From contig CBDCJO010000002.1 of assembly GCA_965217865.1 (NCBI GenBank), positions 3,936,001-4,000,000 of the forward strand: 64,000 nt of DNA. Reading direction: 5' to 3'. A program made the translations under genes and the position numbers. The stretch comes from Candidatus Latescibacterota bacterium. GTDB lineage: Bacteria; Latescibacterota; UBA2968; SICM01. Below are positions 21,200-31,166 of this stretch, piece by piece. How positions within the stretch are numbered: the stretch's first letter is position 1; each line of letters begins with the position of its first letter. The notes beneath the pieces are model-generated. The model saw only the letters and a program-made list of their open reading frames with translations. It had not been told where the DNA came from and did not search any database.

Positions 21200-22195
21200 C
21201 AAGTCTCCTGTGGCTGAACAATGTGGGAATTTGCACACTGAGAATCTTAGAATCCGGGATGCCGTCTTTTGTTCCACACCAGAGGCGTCGGGGAATGAGG
21301 TCCCGGCAGGTTATTCAGAATGTAGCGTCATACAGGGTGCTTGTCAACACGGTTTTACCGGACAGGATGCTTATCAGCGAGGTTGCATGAGAGGGCGATC
21401 GTAGCGTGCGTCACTCAGGTCCGAACCGATCGGAACCTTCCAATTCATTCTCTTAACGCAGGGAATCGTCCGGATTCAATTCCACGCTTTTTTTAAAATA
21501 CGACTTCGCCTTTTCCGTGTTACCCAAACTCTGATAAGCGGCGGCGATATTGTAGTAGGCCTCCGCATCATTCGGTCTCAGCGAAATGGTTTTCTCGAAA
21601 TATTCAATGGCTTTTTCGTGCTGCCCAAGGTTGTAATAAGCGATGCCCACATTGGAGTGCGCCTCGGGGTGTTCCGGATTTATGGTGATGGCCTTTTGGG
21701 AGAGCTCGATCGTCTTTTCATACTGTTGCAGGTTTAGATATGCGGCCCCCATAGTTGAGTATGCGATGGCGTAATCCGATTTTAAGGAGATGGTTTTTTG
21801 GAAGTTCCTGATCGCCGTTTCATACTCGTTCATTCTCTGATATGCAGTTCCCAGATTATAGTAGGCGTCGGGGTTATCCGGTTTTAAGGAGATGGATTTC
21901 TGGAAGTGTCGGACCGCGGTTTCAGGTTGATTCAGATTGAGAAACGCCCCCCCCATATTGATATATGCGTTTTCGAGATTCGGGTTCAATTCGATCGCCT
22001 TTTGGGAGAATTTGATGGCTGTTTCATGCTCGCCAAGACGGTTGTATGCGGCGCTAAGATTGACATATGCATCGTGAAAGTTCGGGTCCAAATCGATGGC
22101 TTTCCTCAAGTAGTCGATCCCGGTCTGGTATTGACCCAAACTGCATAATTTGATCCCAACTGAATCCCAGTGTCGTGGGTTATTCGAATTTGCCT

Positions 22196-22394
22196 CTAGT
22201 GTCGTGTCCCAAAGATTCCTTCAATAATTTCTTGGGTAGCGGTCTGTCGTCCTGAGCGGAGCGAAGGATCTCTATGTCCCGAACTATCAGACAGTTGGTG
22301 CGATCTTCGCTCGCTGGCTCTCGATCAAAATGACAGCCACCGCTACGTTTTTGGAGACTTTCTTTTGTAAGGAACTTCTGGGACACGACACTAG
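22196..22394 (-). mobile_element. MITE copy 2 (inverted relative to copy 1)
   Basis: Same IRs; roughly a dozen differences from copy 1. Confidence 0.85.
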
Positions 22395-23920
22395 CAGCCC
22401 GTTGAAGAACTACCTTTCAACGCACATAAACGGAAAAGACGCCTGGAGTGCGGGTCGGATAAATCAAGGTAAGGAGATTGAGCAGGAGACGCTGATAAGA
22501 GGTTAAAAAGGTGACCGAGGGCAGCAAACGTGATTGTAGGACGAGCAGTAGACGCTGCAAGGCCTTGGCCAGGTCCTGGAGGGCCTTCGGAGTACCTACG
22601 CCCATCACTTTGCGCATGAGCAGAGCCAGGTTGCAGCCCCCGATGTGGATCAGCAAACGCTTGAGGATATTGCCGCGGTCTCTCAAGTGCAACCTGCGCA
22701 TGCCACCGGTATCATATGTGTGAGCGATGGTTCTTTCCACCCGTTCTGCACGACTTCGGCGCAAGGCCTTGCCGCGATCTCCCTTGATCCGGCGTCGATT
22801 CGCATATACCGCGGCCTGCTCATCTCGTCGGCCGTTCCACTTGCGGCGTCCCCGATCCGGTTCTGAAATGTAACTCCGGATGCCGCCTTGCTTCAGACTG
22901 GTCAATACATCGTTGCTATGATATCCTTTGTCCGCAACCACCTCCCGTATACGCTGTCTGTGCAAACGTTTGGCAGCTTTTTCGTCCTTCGCGACCTGCT
23001 TGAGATTGAGCTGCGCCTCGAGCAGCGTCCAGGGCAACGACTCGGTATCTCCTTCATCTGCTCCCGACAACGCCACTGCCACAATGGCATTGGTGTCCAG
23101 ATCCACCGCGTGCTCCACCTTGTGCGCCATGTGCGTGCGACCGTCCTTCATCTTAGCGATCTTGGCATCCGGGTCGTGCGGGTGCTCCCAGTCCTGGTTC
23201 GATCCCTTCTTCGGTCGCTTCTTATCGATCTTGGACAAGTCCTCGCGGGTAGGCGTTTCAATGCCCGAGGCCTTGGCCAGATTCTCAAGGAATGCCTGGT
23301 AGCCTTCACCCGTGTCACGGCGTACAATGCTGCGCATCGCGGCGTTGGCCTCCAGTGTCGTAGCATCCACGCCCAACGTCTTCCCCTTCACCAGACCCGC
23401 TTTGCACAAGACCCTCAGGATCCACTTGAAAACCGCTTCGTGAACTTCCAAGGGAAGCCGATGCCGGATGCGAGACAGGCTGGAATGATCCGGGGTCTGT
23501 TCGTCAAGGGCATACCCCAAAAACCGGCGCAACGTCAGCGAGTCAGATACACGCCATTCGATCCCACGTTCCGAATCAAGTCCCTCGAAATACCCAATCA
23601 AAAGCATCCGAAAATAAACCCCGGGCGGAATGCCCTTGCGACCCATATGAGGAGCGTAATACCGCTGGCAAAGCCCCTCGACGAACTCGTCGAAGCCGTT
23701 CGCCCCCAATACCTGATTCAGCTTCTCGTAGAACGGATGACCCGGAGATTTCACCAAAGTGTTCGATGCGATGAACAGGTTTTCCTGTCTCTGTCGTCCT
23801 CGTTTTCCCATTGCCATTTGCTCGTCCTCCCTTCTCAGTTTGAACCTGATATATCATAGGACCAAACCACAAGGAAAGACAACAGTCATCTTGGCATAAA
23901 CGCACTTTTTCAACAGGCTG
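22395..23920 (-). mobile_element. IS5/IS1182-family element, copy 2 (1526 bp)
   Basis: Same IRs and CTAG flanks; identical transposase; one SNP seen (17208 T vs 23823 C). Confidence 0.93.
22417..23817 (-). CDS. DDE transposase (IS5/IS1182), copy 2
   Basis: Protein identical to 15802-17202. Confidence 0.95.
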   Translation of the reverse strand: MAMGKRGRQRQENLFIASNTLVKSPGHPFYEKLNQVLGANGFDEFVEGLCQRYYAPHMGRKGIPPGVYFRMLLIGYFEGLDSERGIEWRVSDSLTLRRFLGYALDEQTPDHSSLSRIRHRLPLEVHEAVFKWILRVLCKAGLVKGKTLGVDATTLEANAAMRSIVRRDTGEGYQAFLENLAKASGIETPTREDLSKIDKKRPKKGSNQDWEHPHDPDAKIAKMKDGRTHMAHKVEHAVDLDTNAIVAVALSGADEGDTESLPWTLLEAQLNLKQVAKDEKAAKRLHRQRIREVVADKGYHSNDVLTSLKQGGIRSYISEPDRGRRKWNGRRDEQAAVYANRRRIKGDRGKALRRSRAERVERTIAHTYDTGGMRRLHLRDRGNILKRLLIHIGGCNLALLMRKVMGVGTPKALQDLAKALQRLLLVLQSRLLPSVTFLTSYQRLLLNLLTLIYPTRTPGVFSVYVR

Positions 23921-25724
23921 CTAGGGCTTGCCGATAGGTGTGAAGTTCCTCTTCGTCTTTTCCTCTTAAATGATAATAATTCCCAAGGGTCTCCCACCCG
24001 TAAGACCTGGCGTGGCCCGAAAGACGGCAATGCTCCAGGATATCTGCATATCGGCGTGCGGCGTACCCGGGGTTCGCATTCAGCCCGATCCACAACAGGG
24101 TATGCATGGCTGTCGCCCCTCCGACAAGGATTCCAATATGAATGAGGTCGGATCTTTCGTGAATCCGGCGGTTGAGCGTGACAGCAGCCCAAAGGGTGAA
24201 CGGGACCGCGGGATACGCGAATGCATCCCAGTCCCTGAATGCCCCGACTTCGGGGTTGGTAATCAAGGTGAAGAGGATGGGGAAAAGGGACGCCGTGAGG
24301 AGGAACTTTCGATCAGGGTCGGAGAACAATACGTGACGGCGGAGCAGGCCGAGTGTGATCAGGGCGGCGGGGGCGACCAGGAGGTACTGGTTCAGGACGT
24401 CGCGCAGGTGGGCGAATGAGAAGAGGGGATAGTGGTTCGAGAAGTCCAAAACCGCGAAAGGGGATAAGAGATGGAAGGCGGGGGATTTATTGAGATAATT
24501 GAGTGGTTTATAGTCGATGAAATAAAAAACAACCAGGACCATGCCGGGTACTACGACAAGGGAAGCCATGGATCTAAAGCAGGTTTTCCTCCAGGAGAAA
24601 CCAAGAGGACCGGTCTTCCTCTCGGTGCCGATCTGAAGGACGGCCAGAATCAGGAGTGAAGGTATAAGCGCTGTGGTCATAAAGTGAAGCGGGATGAGGA
24701 TTCCGAGAATGGCCGAGGGGCCCCAGAGTGGAAGTTTCTTTTTGAGGACGAGAGATCCGGTCAACAGAAAAAACAGGATCGTGGGGAAGAGGAACGGATA
24801 GGTTTCGACATAACCGAAAAAGAGCTGGAGATATCCTGGAGTTAGCAATAGTCCGACAATGATGATTCGTTCCGGACGATCGCGCCCGAGGATCCACCCA
24901 ACGAATGGGATTTGTATGAGATATAAGATACCCGATGCGTGACTGAAAATGCGGTAGGTGGTCTCCGCGGAACCCCAGAGGCTGCCTCCGATCTGGTGGA
25001 ACGTCCTGATCATCCAGAAGGAGAGAGGCGCACGATCGGTCCTAGGCGTTGCCTGCCACAGGCCTTTGTCGAGTTCGCGGATATATAGATACCCGTCCCC
25101 CAGAAGATGAGTTTTTGCGTTTAAAACTATAAACGAGATCCCTCCAACGAGGGCAAGGAGCACGCAGATCCTGTATGACCGGGATGACGTGGGAGGGTCC
25201 CCGGAACTCTCCGTTTGTTCGAATATCCAACCGACAAGTACTCGGCGGGTCGCCGGGATTAAGAGGATGGCGCTTGTGAAAACGAAGAGGGACTGTATCC
25301 AAAGGGGATAGAACGCGAGCATGTCCCCGCCCCACATGCAGAGGGGGTACCAAATTCCCAGCAGAAGATGAACGGCCAGGAAAGATCCGACGACGAGGGT
25401 CGGCCTGACCAGGCGGACATTCAATTCCGGGCTCAATTTTTTACGGATCCGCTATGACTGACTAGTCTGGGGGCCCAGGATTCGCGGTGGGTAACGCAAT
25501 CGTCCTCGATTACGGGACCAATGTAAATGGGTGAACATCAAGGGTCAATATAAATATACCGTCCGGATTGGAGTAACTTCCCCGACACCGGAGGTCATGA
25601 AATTATTTGATCCAATTCAAGGGACGAGAAAGGAAGGCCAGATCCGGGATAAAAAAACGCAATTAGAAGATTAAGGCTTGACTTTACAAACCAAACTGAG
25701 TAACTTCACACCGCACCTGACGTC

Positions 25725-25844
25725 AAAGGAGGAACCGACCACCAGGACAACCTGCAACTGCTTTGCGGAGCCTGCAACAGCCTGAAAGGCGATAGGCCGC
25801 AAGCCTATCTGGTGGTGAGGCTGAAGGCGGATGGTATCCTGTAA
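25725..25844 (+). pseudogene. C-terminal fragment of an HNH endonuclease domain (passenger)
   Basis: KGGTDHQDNLQLLCGACNSLKG...* with no start codon. Confidence 0.75.
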
Positions 25845-25863
25845 ATCGAAAGGAGGTGATAAT

Positions 25864-26034
25864 ATGGCCAGAATAAGTCCGTGGCATTCTGACGACGATG
25901 ATGCGATTGTTTACCACGAGTGCACAAACTGCAATACGGGCAATAACATCGAGACAGAAAACAGACGCTCGGGCACTGGAGGCAAAGAACAGTGCTTAGA
26001 ATGTGCACGCCTGATCAGAAACAACAATTGCTAG
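25864..26034 (+). CDS. Small Cys/His-rich protein (56 aa; passenger)
   Basis: AGGAGGTG SD; YHECTNC...CLEC. Confidence 0.7.
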   Translation: MARISPWHSDDDDAIVYHECTNCNTGNNIETENRRSGTGGKEQCLECARLIRNNNC

Positions 26035-26357
26035 TAGCCCTCAGGAATTGACGGGACCGGAAGAAAGCGCGGATTAAATTCCATTGCCCAATGCGGTCCC
26101 GTCAATTCGTTATCCTGCACACCCCATTCCCTCGACAACTTTGTAACGGGCAATCCGTGAATCACCGCAACCCCGTAAGCACGAGGACCTTCCCCAACTC
26201 CACCACGAAACTCTACCGTTGGCTGGTCGTAAGCATGTCCTTCTCCACCCTGGCATGACTGGCAAGTTTCTACTCCATTTTTCTGTAGAATCTTAACCAC
26301 ATTTTCAATCTTTGGGTCTAAAATACTATCATGTGGCTTCCTTGATAAGCTATTCAT
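26031..26357 (-). CDS. Hypothetical protein (passenger)
   Basis: 108-aa ORF with a GVETCQSCQGGEGH motif. Confidence 0.65.
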   Translation of the reverse strand: MNSLSRKPHDSILDPKIENVVKILQKNGVETCQSCQGGEGHAYDQPTVEFRGGVGEGPRAYGVAVIHGLPVTKLSREWGVQDNELTGPHWAMEFNPRFLPVPSIPEGY

Positions 26358-26479
26358 AAACCCCTTTCCGTGTGAGATATGACAATGCGTCTTTTTCAGT
26401 TGTATAGAAATTGATGAGGGTATTGACTACTTGATAAAACAACTAGAGAAGGTCCGAAAAAATGCAAAGCGTGCAAAGG

Positions 26480-27364
26480 TCATGCAAAGCATCCCTTCAT
26501 GAACGTATCAAACGTCCGCTTGTTCTTCCGGTTATTGTATTTGTAGCACGCTTCGGCCACGTAGAACGGCGTGTAACGCTTCGTGTAGTGATGATGTGAA
26601 CCGTACCAGGCTCGCTTGAGCAGGGACCATACGCCATCAATCGTGTTGGTGTGGATATCTCCGTCCGCGTATTGCCTGGCGTGGTGAATCACAGCATGGC
26701 TCATGATTTGCCTTACGGTGTTGTAGGCGCTAAATTCGTCCGTGACAAGCACCGACTCCGAAGGGTCTATCGCCTGTTTGATGAAGGCCAGAACTCCCCT
26801 GCCTGACAGATCGTCCGCCACACGGGCAACTACCTTCCCGCCACGCTCCACGGCTCCTATAACCGGAGTCTTGCTAGTCCCGCGTCCTCTGGGAGCGTTG
26901 CCACCGCCACCTGACTGCCTGTTGCGTTTCCGTGGCTTGCCTCCTACGTAGGTCTCGTCGGCTTCGACGATCCCGCGCAACAATACCTTCCCCTGCCTTG
27001 TTGCCATCTCGGCACGAATCCGCTGTTGCACGTACCATGCGGACCGTTGGGTAAGGTTCAGGTCCCGGGCAAGCTGGCAACTGGACAGGCTTTTCTTGGC
27101 GTTGACGATCAATGCGATTGCCATAAACCACTTCTGTAGTGGAAGGTGCGTTCCCTGAAATATTGTCCCAGAAAGGACGTTGAAGCTAGACTTGCAGGCA
27201 TGGCAGTTCCAACGCCCTATAATGTTTCCCTCTTTCTTTCGAGCACACTCACCAACAGCACCGCATAACGGACAAAACGGATCATCTCTGAACCTTACCC
27301 GCTCAAGATGCTCAATGCATGATTCCTGCGTCGGGAACTTTTCAATCGCCGTCAACAAGTTCAT
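26480..27364 (-). CDS. IS1595-family transposase
   Basis: CPLC...CHAC Zn ribbon; VEADETYVGGK, VTDE and HTNTIDG motifs. Confidence 0.95.
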   Translation of the reverse strand: MNLLTAIEKFPTQESCIEHLERVRFRDDPFCPLCGAVGECARKKEGNIIGRWNCHACKSSFNVLSGTIFQGTHLPLQKWFMAIALIVNAKKSLSSCQLARDLNLTQRSAWYVQQRIRAEMATRQGKVLLRGIVEADETYVGGKPRKRNRQSGGGGNAPRGRGTSKTPVIGAVERGGKVVARVADDLSGRGVLAFIKQAIDPSESVLVTDEFSAYNTVRQIMSHAVIHHARQYADGDIHTNTIDGVWSLLKRAWYGSHHHYTKRYTPFYVAEACYKYNNRKNKRTFDTFMKGCFA

Positions 27365-27462
27365 TTTCCTTCCTCCCTTTTTTTGGTTAAGTTAGTTGTT
27401 TTCTCTACACTTAATATAACGAAAAAGGGACCAAAAGTCAAGCCTTAATCTTCTAATTGCGT

Positions 27463-27532
27463 AAAAAAATGGTGCCCAGCAACTCTCATCCGAGGTTGGT
27501 CGGGGCAACCACAGAGAGAGCGCCGGGCATCT
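27463..27532 (-). terminator. Long terminator-like hairpin A with conserved core
   Basis: ATGCCCGGC...GCTGGGCAC stem plus T-run on the minus strand; core shared with 28464-28524. Confidence 0.65.
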
Positions 27533-27568
27533 GTTGAAGGGCACAAGCAGGGAGGGATTAAGATTGGG

Positions 27569-28228
27569 TCATTTCAAGATCTCAAAGCGTATCAGGTCGC
27601 ATCCCTTAAGTTTTTCTGTGTGATTCGGGGGAAGCATAATCTGTGAATTTTTGCTGATCTGGATAACATCCTCAATGGGCTGCAGTTCCTCATCATATAT
27701 GATCCTGAAGCGCGCAGGAGAAGAGAGCAGGTCCTGGTTCTTTTCGATGATGTCCTGGGGCGCCGTGAAGACCTTGATGTCGCCCCATTTATTGTTGACG
27801 GACCAGGAGGTGGGTGAGAGGATCTGAACAGGGTCCGCGTTTGCTTTCGGGGTAATTTTGAACTCCAGATTCTTCGGTTTCTTCGAATCCTGAGAGGACT
27901 TTTTGTTCGGGACTTGGGATATGGTCGATTCTTTAACCCTGGAGGATTTCCAGATTTTCACCAAAGAAGACCGGATAGGAATGCAGATTCGGATGTTGGC
28001 GGCATAAGCCAGGACCATGAAAAAAAGAAAGAAGACGGTCCATATTCCGTGGTAGCATTCGGGGAGTTCCCCGGTGAATCGAAGCCCTCCAACTGCCGTT
28101 GCCATAAGGTTCAAGGCGATCGTCGGAATCCCAATGTTGGCTGTCGAGATCAGGTACAGGATACCGGCTCCCAGCAGGAGCGGTGACATAACGGAGATGG
28201 TCGCGATCTGGATTGCTACGTAGTCCAT
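27569..28228 (-). CDS. Hypothetical membrane protein (about 3 TM + soluble C-domain)
   Basis: Hydrophobic N-terminal half; AGGA SD; has its own sigma54 promoter. Confidence 0.7.
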   Translation of the reverse strand: MDYVAIQIATISVMSPLLLGAGILYLISTANIGIPTIALNLMATAVGGLRFTGELPECYHGIWTVFFLFFMVLAYAANIRICIPIRSSLVKIWKSSRVKESTISQVPNKKSSQDSKKPKNLEFKITPKANADPVQILSPTSWSVNNKWGDIKVFTAPQDIIEKNQDLLSSPARFRIIYDEELQPIEDVIQISKNSQIMLPPNHTEKLKGCDLIRFEILK

Positions 28229-28286
28229 AGTTTGCTTCCTGAAATTAGTTCCGAAATCTGAATTTCATCATCTGGTTATTGTATAT

Positions 28287-28302
28287 TGCAATGTTCGTGC
28301 CA
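28287..28302 (-). promoter_or_regulatory. sigma54 -24/-12 promoter
   Basis: TGGCACGAACATTGCA, 59 bp upstream of the start. Confidence 0.85.
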
Positions 28303-28386
28303 GAAGTTTATAAATTTATAATTACATAAAATACAGTAATATATATTTATACCAGCTTGGTTTAGAGAAGATTTCTCGCGTCGAAA

Positions 28387-28416
28387 TTGGCATTGGTTGA
28401 TAACAACTGTCGCCAA
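28387..28416. promoter_or_regulatory. Palindromic upstream site (candidate bEBP enhancer), copy 1
   Basis: TTGGCATTGGTTGATAACAACTGTCGCCAA; 25/30 identical to 29032-29061. Confidence 0.7.
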
Positions 28417-28463
28417 TCTGTAAGGATTAGAAAGGGATGTCCGGGTGGGTTCCGTCCGGCAAT

Positions 28464-28524
28464 AAAAAAGGCCCGAAAATCTTCCCATGGCTGGTCGGGG
28501 CAACCACAGATAGATGCCGGGCCT
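28464..28524 (-). terminator. Long terminator-like hairpin B with conserved core
   Basis: AGGCCCG...CGGGCCT plus TTTTT on the minus strand. Confidence 0.7.
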
Positions 28525-28555
28525 TATCGCATGACCTCATTTAAAATCTTGAGGT

Positions 28556-28880
28556 TTATTCGATTTTTTCCTCAAGGTCCATGGAATGGAACTCCCAACC
28601 GGTTTTGTAGGTCCCCTGACCGTCTCGCTGGATCCACGTGAGTCGCGCCTTGAGGCAGATCTCAAAAGGCTGATTTTGATCCTCCGGGTTTGAAACCTTC
28701 TGGAGGGATTTTTGGAGGGCCTTGATGTCCGAACCTCTCATTCTGAGCTGCATCCCCTGTGCGCTGATGTCCATCGTCTGAAGGACCAGGGTGCTCTCAT
28801 CGTCGAGTTGGGCCATGACCGGCAACTGAATCTCAAAACGCGGATGCTGTCTCTTGGCCAAAGTGGATTCATCTATTGCC
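28556..28880 (-). CDS. PilZ domain protein (c-di-GMP receptor)
   Basis: RQHPR and DISAQG (RxxxR, DxSxxG); AGGAGG SD before MAIDEST (start about 28880). Confidence 0.88.
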
Positions 28881-28941
28881 ATGCTCCGCGTCCTCCTATT
28901 TATCTGAGTCGTTCGGTTCCATCGATACACGAATACGTACA

Positions 28942-28957
28942 TGCAAGGGTCGTGCCA
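28942..28957 (-). promoter_or_regulatory. sigma54 -24/-12 promoter
   Basis: TGGCACGACCCTTGCA upstream of the PilZ gene. Confidence 0.85.
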
Positions 28958-29031
28958 GAATTTACGTATGGCGATAAATCATTATCGGGGAAGAGATCAG
29001 AGAATTTTCCAAGTATCAGCTGAGGTAGCGT

Positions 29032-29061
29032 TTGGCAATCGTTGATAACAACATTTGCCAA
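29032..29061. promoter_or_regulatory. Palindromic upstream site (candidate bEBP enhancer), copy 2
   Basis: TTGGCAATCGTTGATAACAACATTTGCCAA. Confidence 0.7.
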
Positions 29062-29226
29062 GAACCGCTACATCGGGATGTAAGGACATTCTCTTCTATA
29101 CTTTCACACCTCCATACACTCACACTTTAGTCTTCGGTATTTCCCTTGACCACTCCGGAGGGGCTAAGTAGATTTGCCTTCCTGAGATCGCGAAAGTGGG
29201 CAACAACGCTTACTTAGGGATGAGGG

Positions 29227-31116
29227 TTGGACCTGGATATGAAGGAAGGATTCGAAAGATTCCCCCGGGGGTTGAAGGAGATGCGAAAAATCGTCGCCTC
29301 CTCCATCCCTCGCGCATTCGGACTGGTCTGGAAGGCCGGGCCCGCCCTTACGGCCGTAATCCTTGTCATCACCTTTCTGGAAGCATTCTTTCCCGTCGCC
29401 ATCCTTTGGACCACGAAACTGACCATCGATCGAATCGCAATCCTGATGCATGAGGGTGTGGGTGCAGGTGATAAGGGGCTGCGCCCATTGTGGATCCTGA
29501 TCGGAATCCTGGGGGTTCTCTGGGTCGTAAACCGGGGAATGGAATCTTTGAGGAATACCATGACCGGACTGTTGCGGTTTAAAGTTGAGAACCACGTACA
29601 GTCATTGATCATGCAGAAGTGTTCAACCCTGGATCTGGCCTTCTTCGAAAACCCCAAAAACCTGGATATACTCGAGAACGCAAGCCGCGGCGCTTTGATG
29701 AGCGCCTTTACCATGGTCCAAATGCTTTTTTCACTCACCAGGACTTTTGTCACCCTGGGCACTTTTTTGACGGCACTCTTCCATCTCCATTGGCTTACGA
29801 TGACCGTGGTCGCGTTCACAACCGCGCCGCAGATGTTATCGTCCAGTTATTTCGCCCGGCGCCACTGGAAAATGAAGACCGGGCAGGCGGAAGAGAGCCG
29901 ATTGCGCTACTACCTGTCCTGGCTGATCACCCAGCGGGAAACGGCAAAGGAGGTTCGGTCCTTCGGGCTATCCGGATATCTCCTGGATCGATTCAAGTAT
30001 TTCAGTCAGAAGTTTTTCAAACAGGAAAGGGCCCTTGAAATAAGGCGTGAAACGGCAAACCTTTTCCTGGGGTTATTGGGGATCGCCGGAACAGTAGGAA
30101 TCTGGGTGTATGTAGCCCTTCGTGCAATCGGACGAACGCTAACGATGGGGGACGTTGTGTTTTACACCCAGGCGGTCCAAAATTGCCAAGGAAACCTCCT
30201 GTCGCTCTTTACGCAGGGGGGGCAGCTCTATGAGCAGACCTTGTTTTTAGGCAATCTGTTCGCGTTGCTCGACATGAAACCCGCCGAGATTGAGGGCGCA
30301 CTCAGGGGACCGGACGGCTGCCCCCGGCGCTGGGGAGATCGGGTGCCACCGATCCGAATAAAAAACGGAATTGAATTCCGAGATGTCTCCTTTCGTTATC
30401 CGGGTTCGAAAAATTGGGTGTTGCGAAACGTGAGTTTTATGATGCGGCCGGGGGAATCCATCGCCCTGGTCGGGAGAAACGGTGCGGGCAAGACAACCCT
30501 CGTAAAACTTCTCGCCCGCCTTTATGACCCAACGGAAGGGGAGATATGGCTAGACGGTCACAACCTCCGGGAATTTGATCTGGATCTCCTCCGCCAGGGG
30601 TTCGGGACCATTTTTCAGGACTATACGAGATATTTTCTGACTTTACGGGAAAATATAGGTTTCGGTGATGTTCAATGGGTGGAAGATGTTCCGAGAGTCA
30701 AAAAGGCTTCGGGGAAGGCGGAGGCGGAGGAGATTGCGAAGCGGTTACCGGGGGGGTATGAAACTTACCTGGGAAGGCAGTTCACGGGTTTGGGGGTGGA
30801 TCTATCCGGCGGTGAATGGCAGAAGGTCGCCCTTGCCCGCGCCTACATGCGGGACTCCCCTATATTGATCCTGGATGAGCCCACCGCAGCTCTGGACGCC
30901 TTCGCCGAGTATGAGATCTACAAGGGTTTTGCTGAGATGACGGGCGGAAAAATTGTCGTGTTTATCTCACATCGTTTTTCAACCGTGCGCATGGCGAATC
31001 ACATCCTCGTGCTCAAGGACGGAGAAGTGATTGAGGAAGGATCTCACGATGCCTTGCTTACTCTCGATGGTCTCTATGCCTCTATGTTTAAGACTCAGGC
31101 GGATCGTTACCAATAG
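29227..31116 (+). CDS. ABC exporter, fused permease/ATPase
   Basis: TM domain; GRNGAGKTT, LSGGEWQ, ILDEPT, ISHR. Confidence 0.95.
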   Translation: MDLDMKEGFERFPRGLKEMRKIVASSIPRAFGLVWKAGPALTAVILVITFLEAFFPVAILWTTKLTIDRIAILMHEGVGAGDKGLRPLWILIGILGVLWVVNRGMESLRNTMTGLLRFKVENHVQSLIMQKCSTLDLAFFENPKNLDILENASRGALMSAFTMVQMLFSLTRTFVTLGTFLTALFHLHWLTMTVVAFTTAPQMLSSSYFARRHWKMKTGQAEESRLRYYLSWLITQRETAKEVRSFGLSGYLLDRFKYFSQKFFKQERALEIRRETANLFLGLLGIAGTVGIWVYVALRAIGRTLTMGDVVFYTQAVQNCQGNLLSLFTQGGQLYEQTLFLGNLFALLDMKPAEIEGALRGPDGCPRRWGDRVPPIRIKNGIEFRDVSFRYPGSKNWVLRNVSFMMRPGESIALVGRNGAGKTTLVKLLARLYDPTEGEIWLDGHNLREFDLDLLRQGFGTIFQDYTRYFLTLRENIGFGDVQWVEDVPRVKKASGKAEAEEIAKRLPGGYETYLGRQFTGLGVDLSGGEWQKVALARAYMRDSPILILDEPTAALDAFAEYEIYKGFAEMTGGKIVVFISHRFSTVRMANHILVLKDGEVIEEGSHDALLTLDGLYASMFKTQADRYQ

Positions 31117-31166
31117 CGTCAAATTGGATAGTAGGACTAATGACGGGTCCTCCCCGGTCTGGTGTA

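Larger units (their letters stand above)
21453..25436 (-). pseudogene. Polytopic membrane protein with C-terminal TPRs, split by MITE + IS
   Basis: Removing the insert restores ...RQALEANSNNPRHWDSVGIKLCSLGQYQTG in frame, joining the TM part (23921-25436) to the TPR part (21453-22199). Confidence 0.88.
25658..27461 (-). mobile_element. IS1595-family element with passenger genes (1804 bp)
   Basis: 28-bp perfect TIR CGCAATTAGAAGATTAAGGCTTGACTTT; 8-bp TSD TAAAAAAA (25650-57, 27462-69). Confidence 0.95.

Noticed and set aside
15780-23920. Composite transposon formed by the two IS copies carrying selenoprotein, methyltransferase and cspA
   Set aside because: Each copy has its own CTAG duplication and interrupts a different resident gene, so these are independent insertions.
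27463-28524. c-di-GMP riboswitch near PilZ
   Set aside because: Lacks the GGCAAA/GAAA-tetraloop/GACGCAAA features of class I and the GUAGUGCAACC pseudoknot context of class II; kept as an unknown motif.
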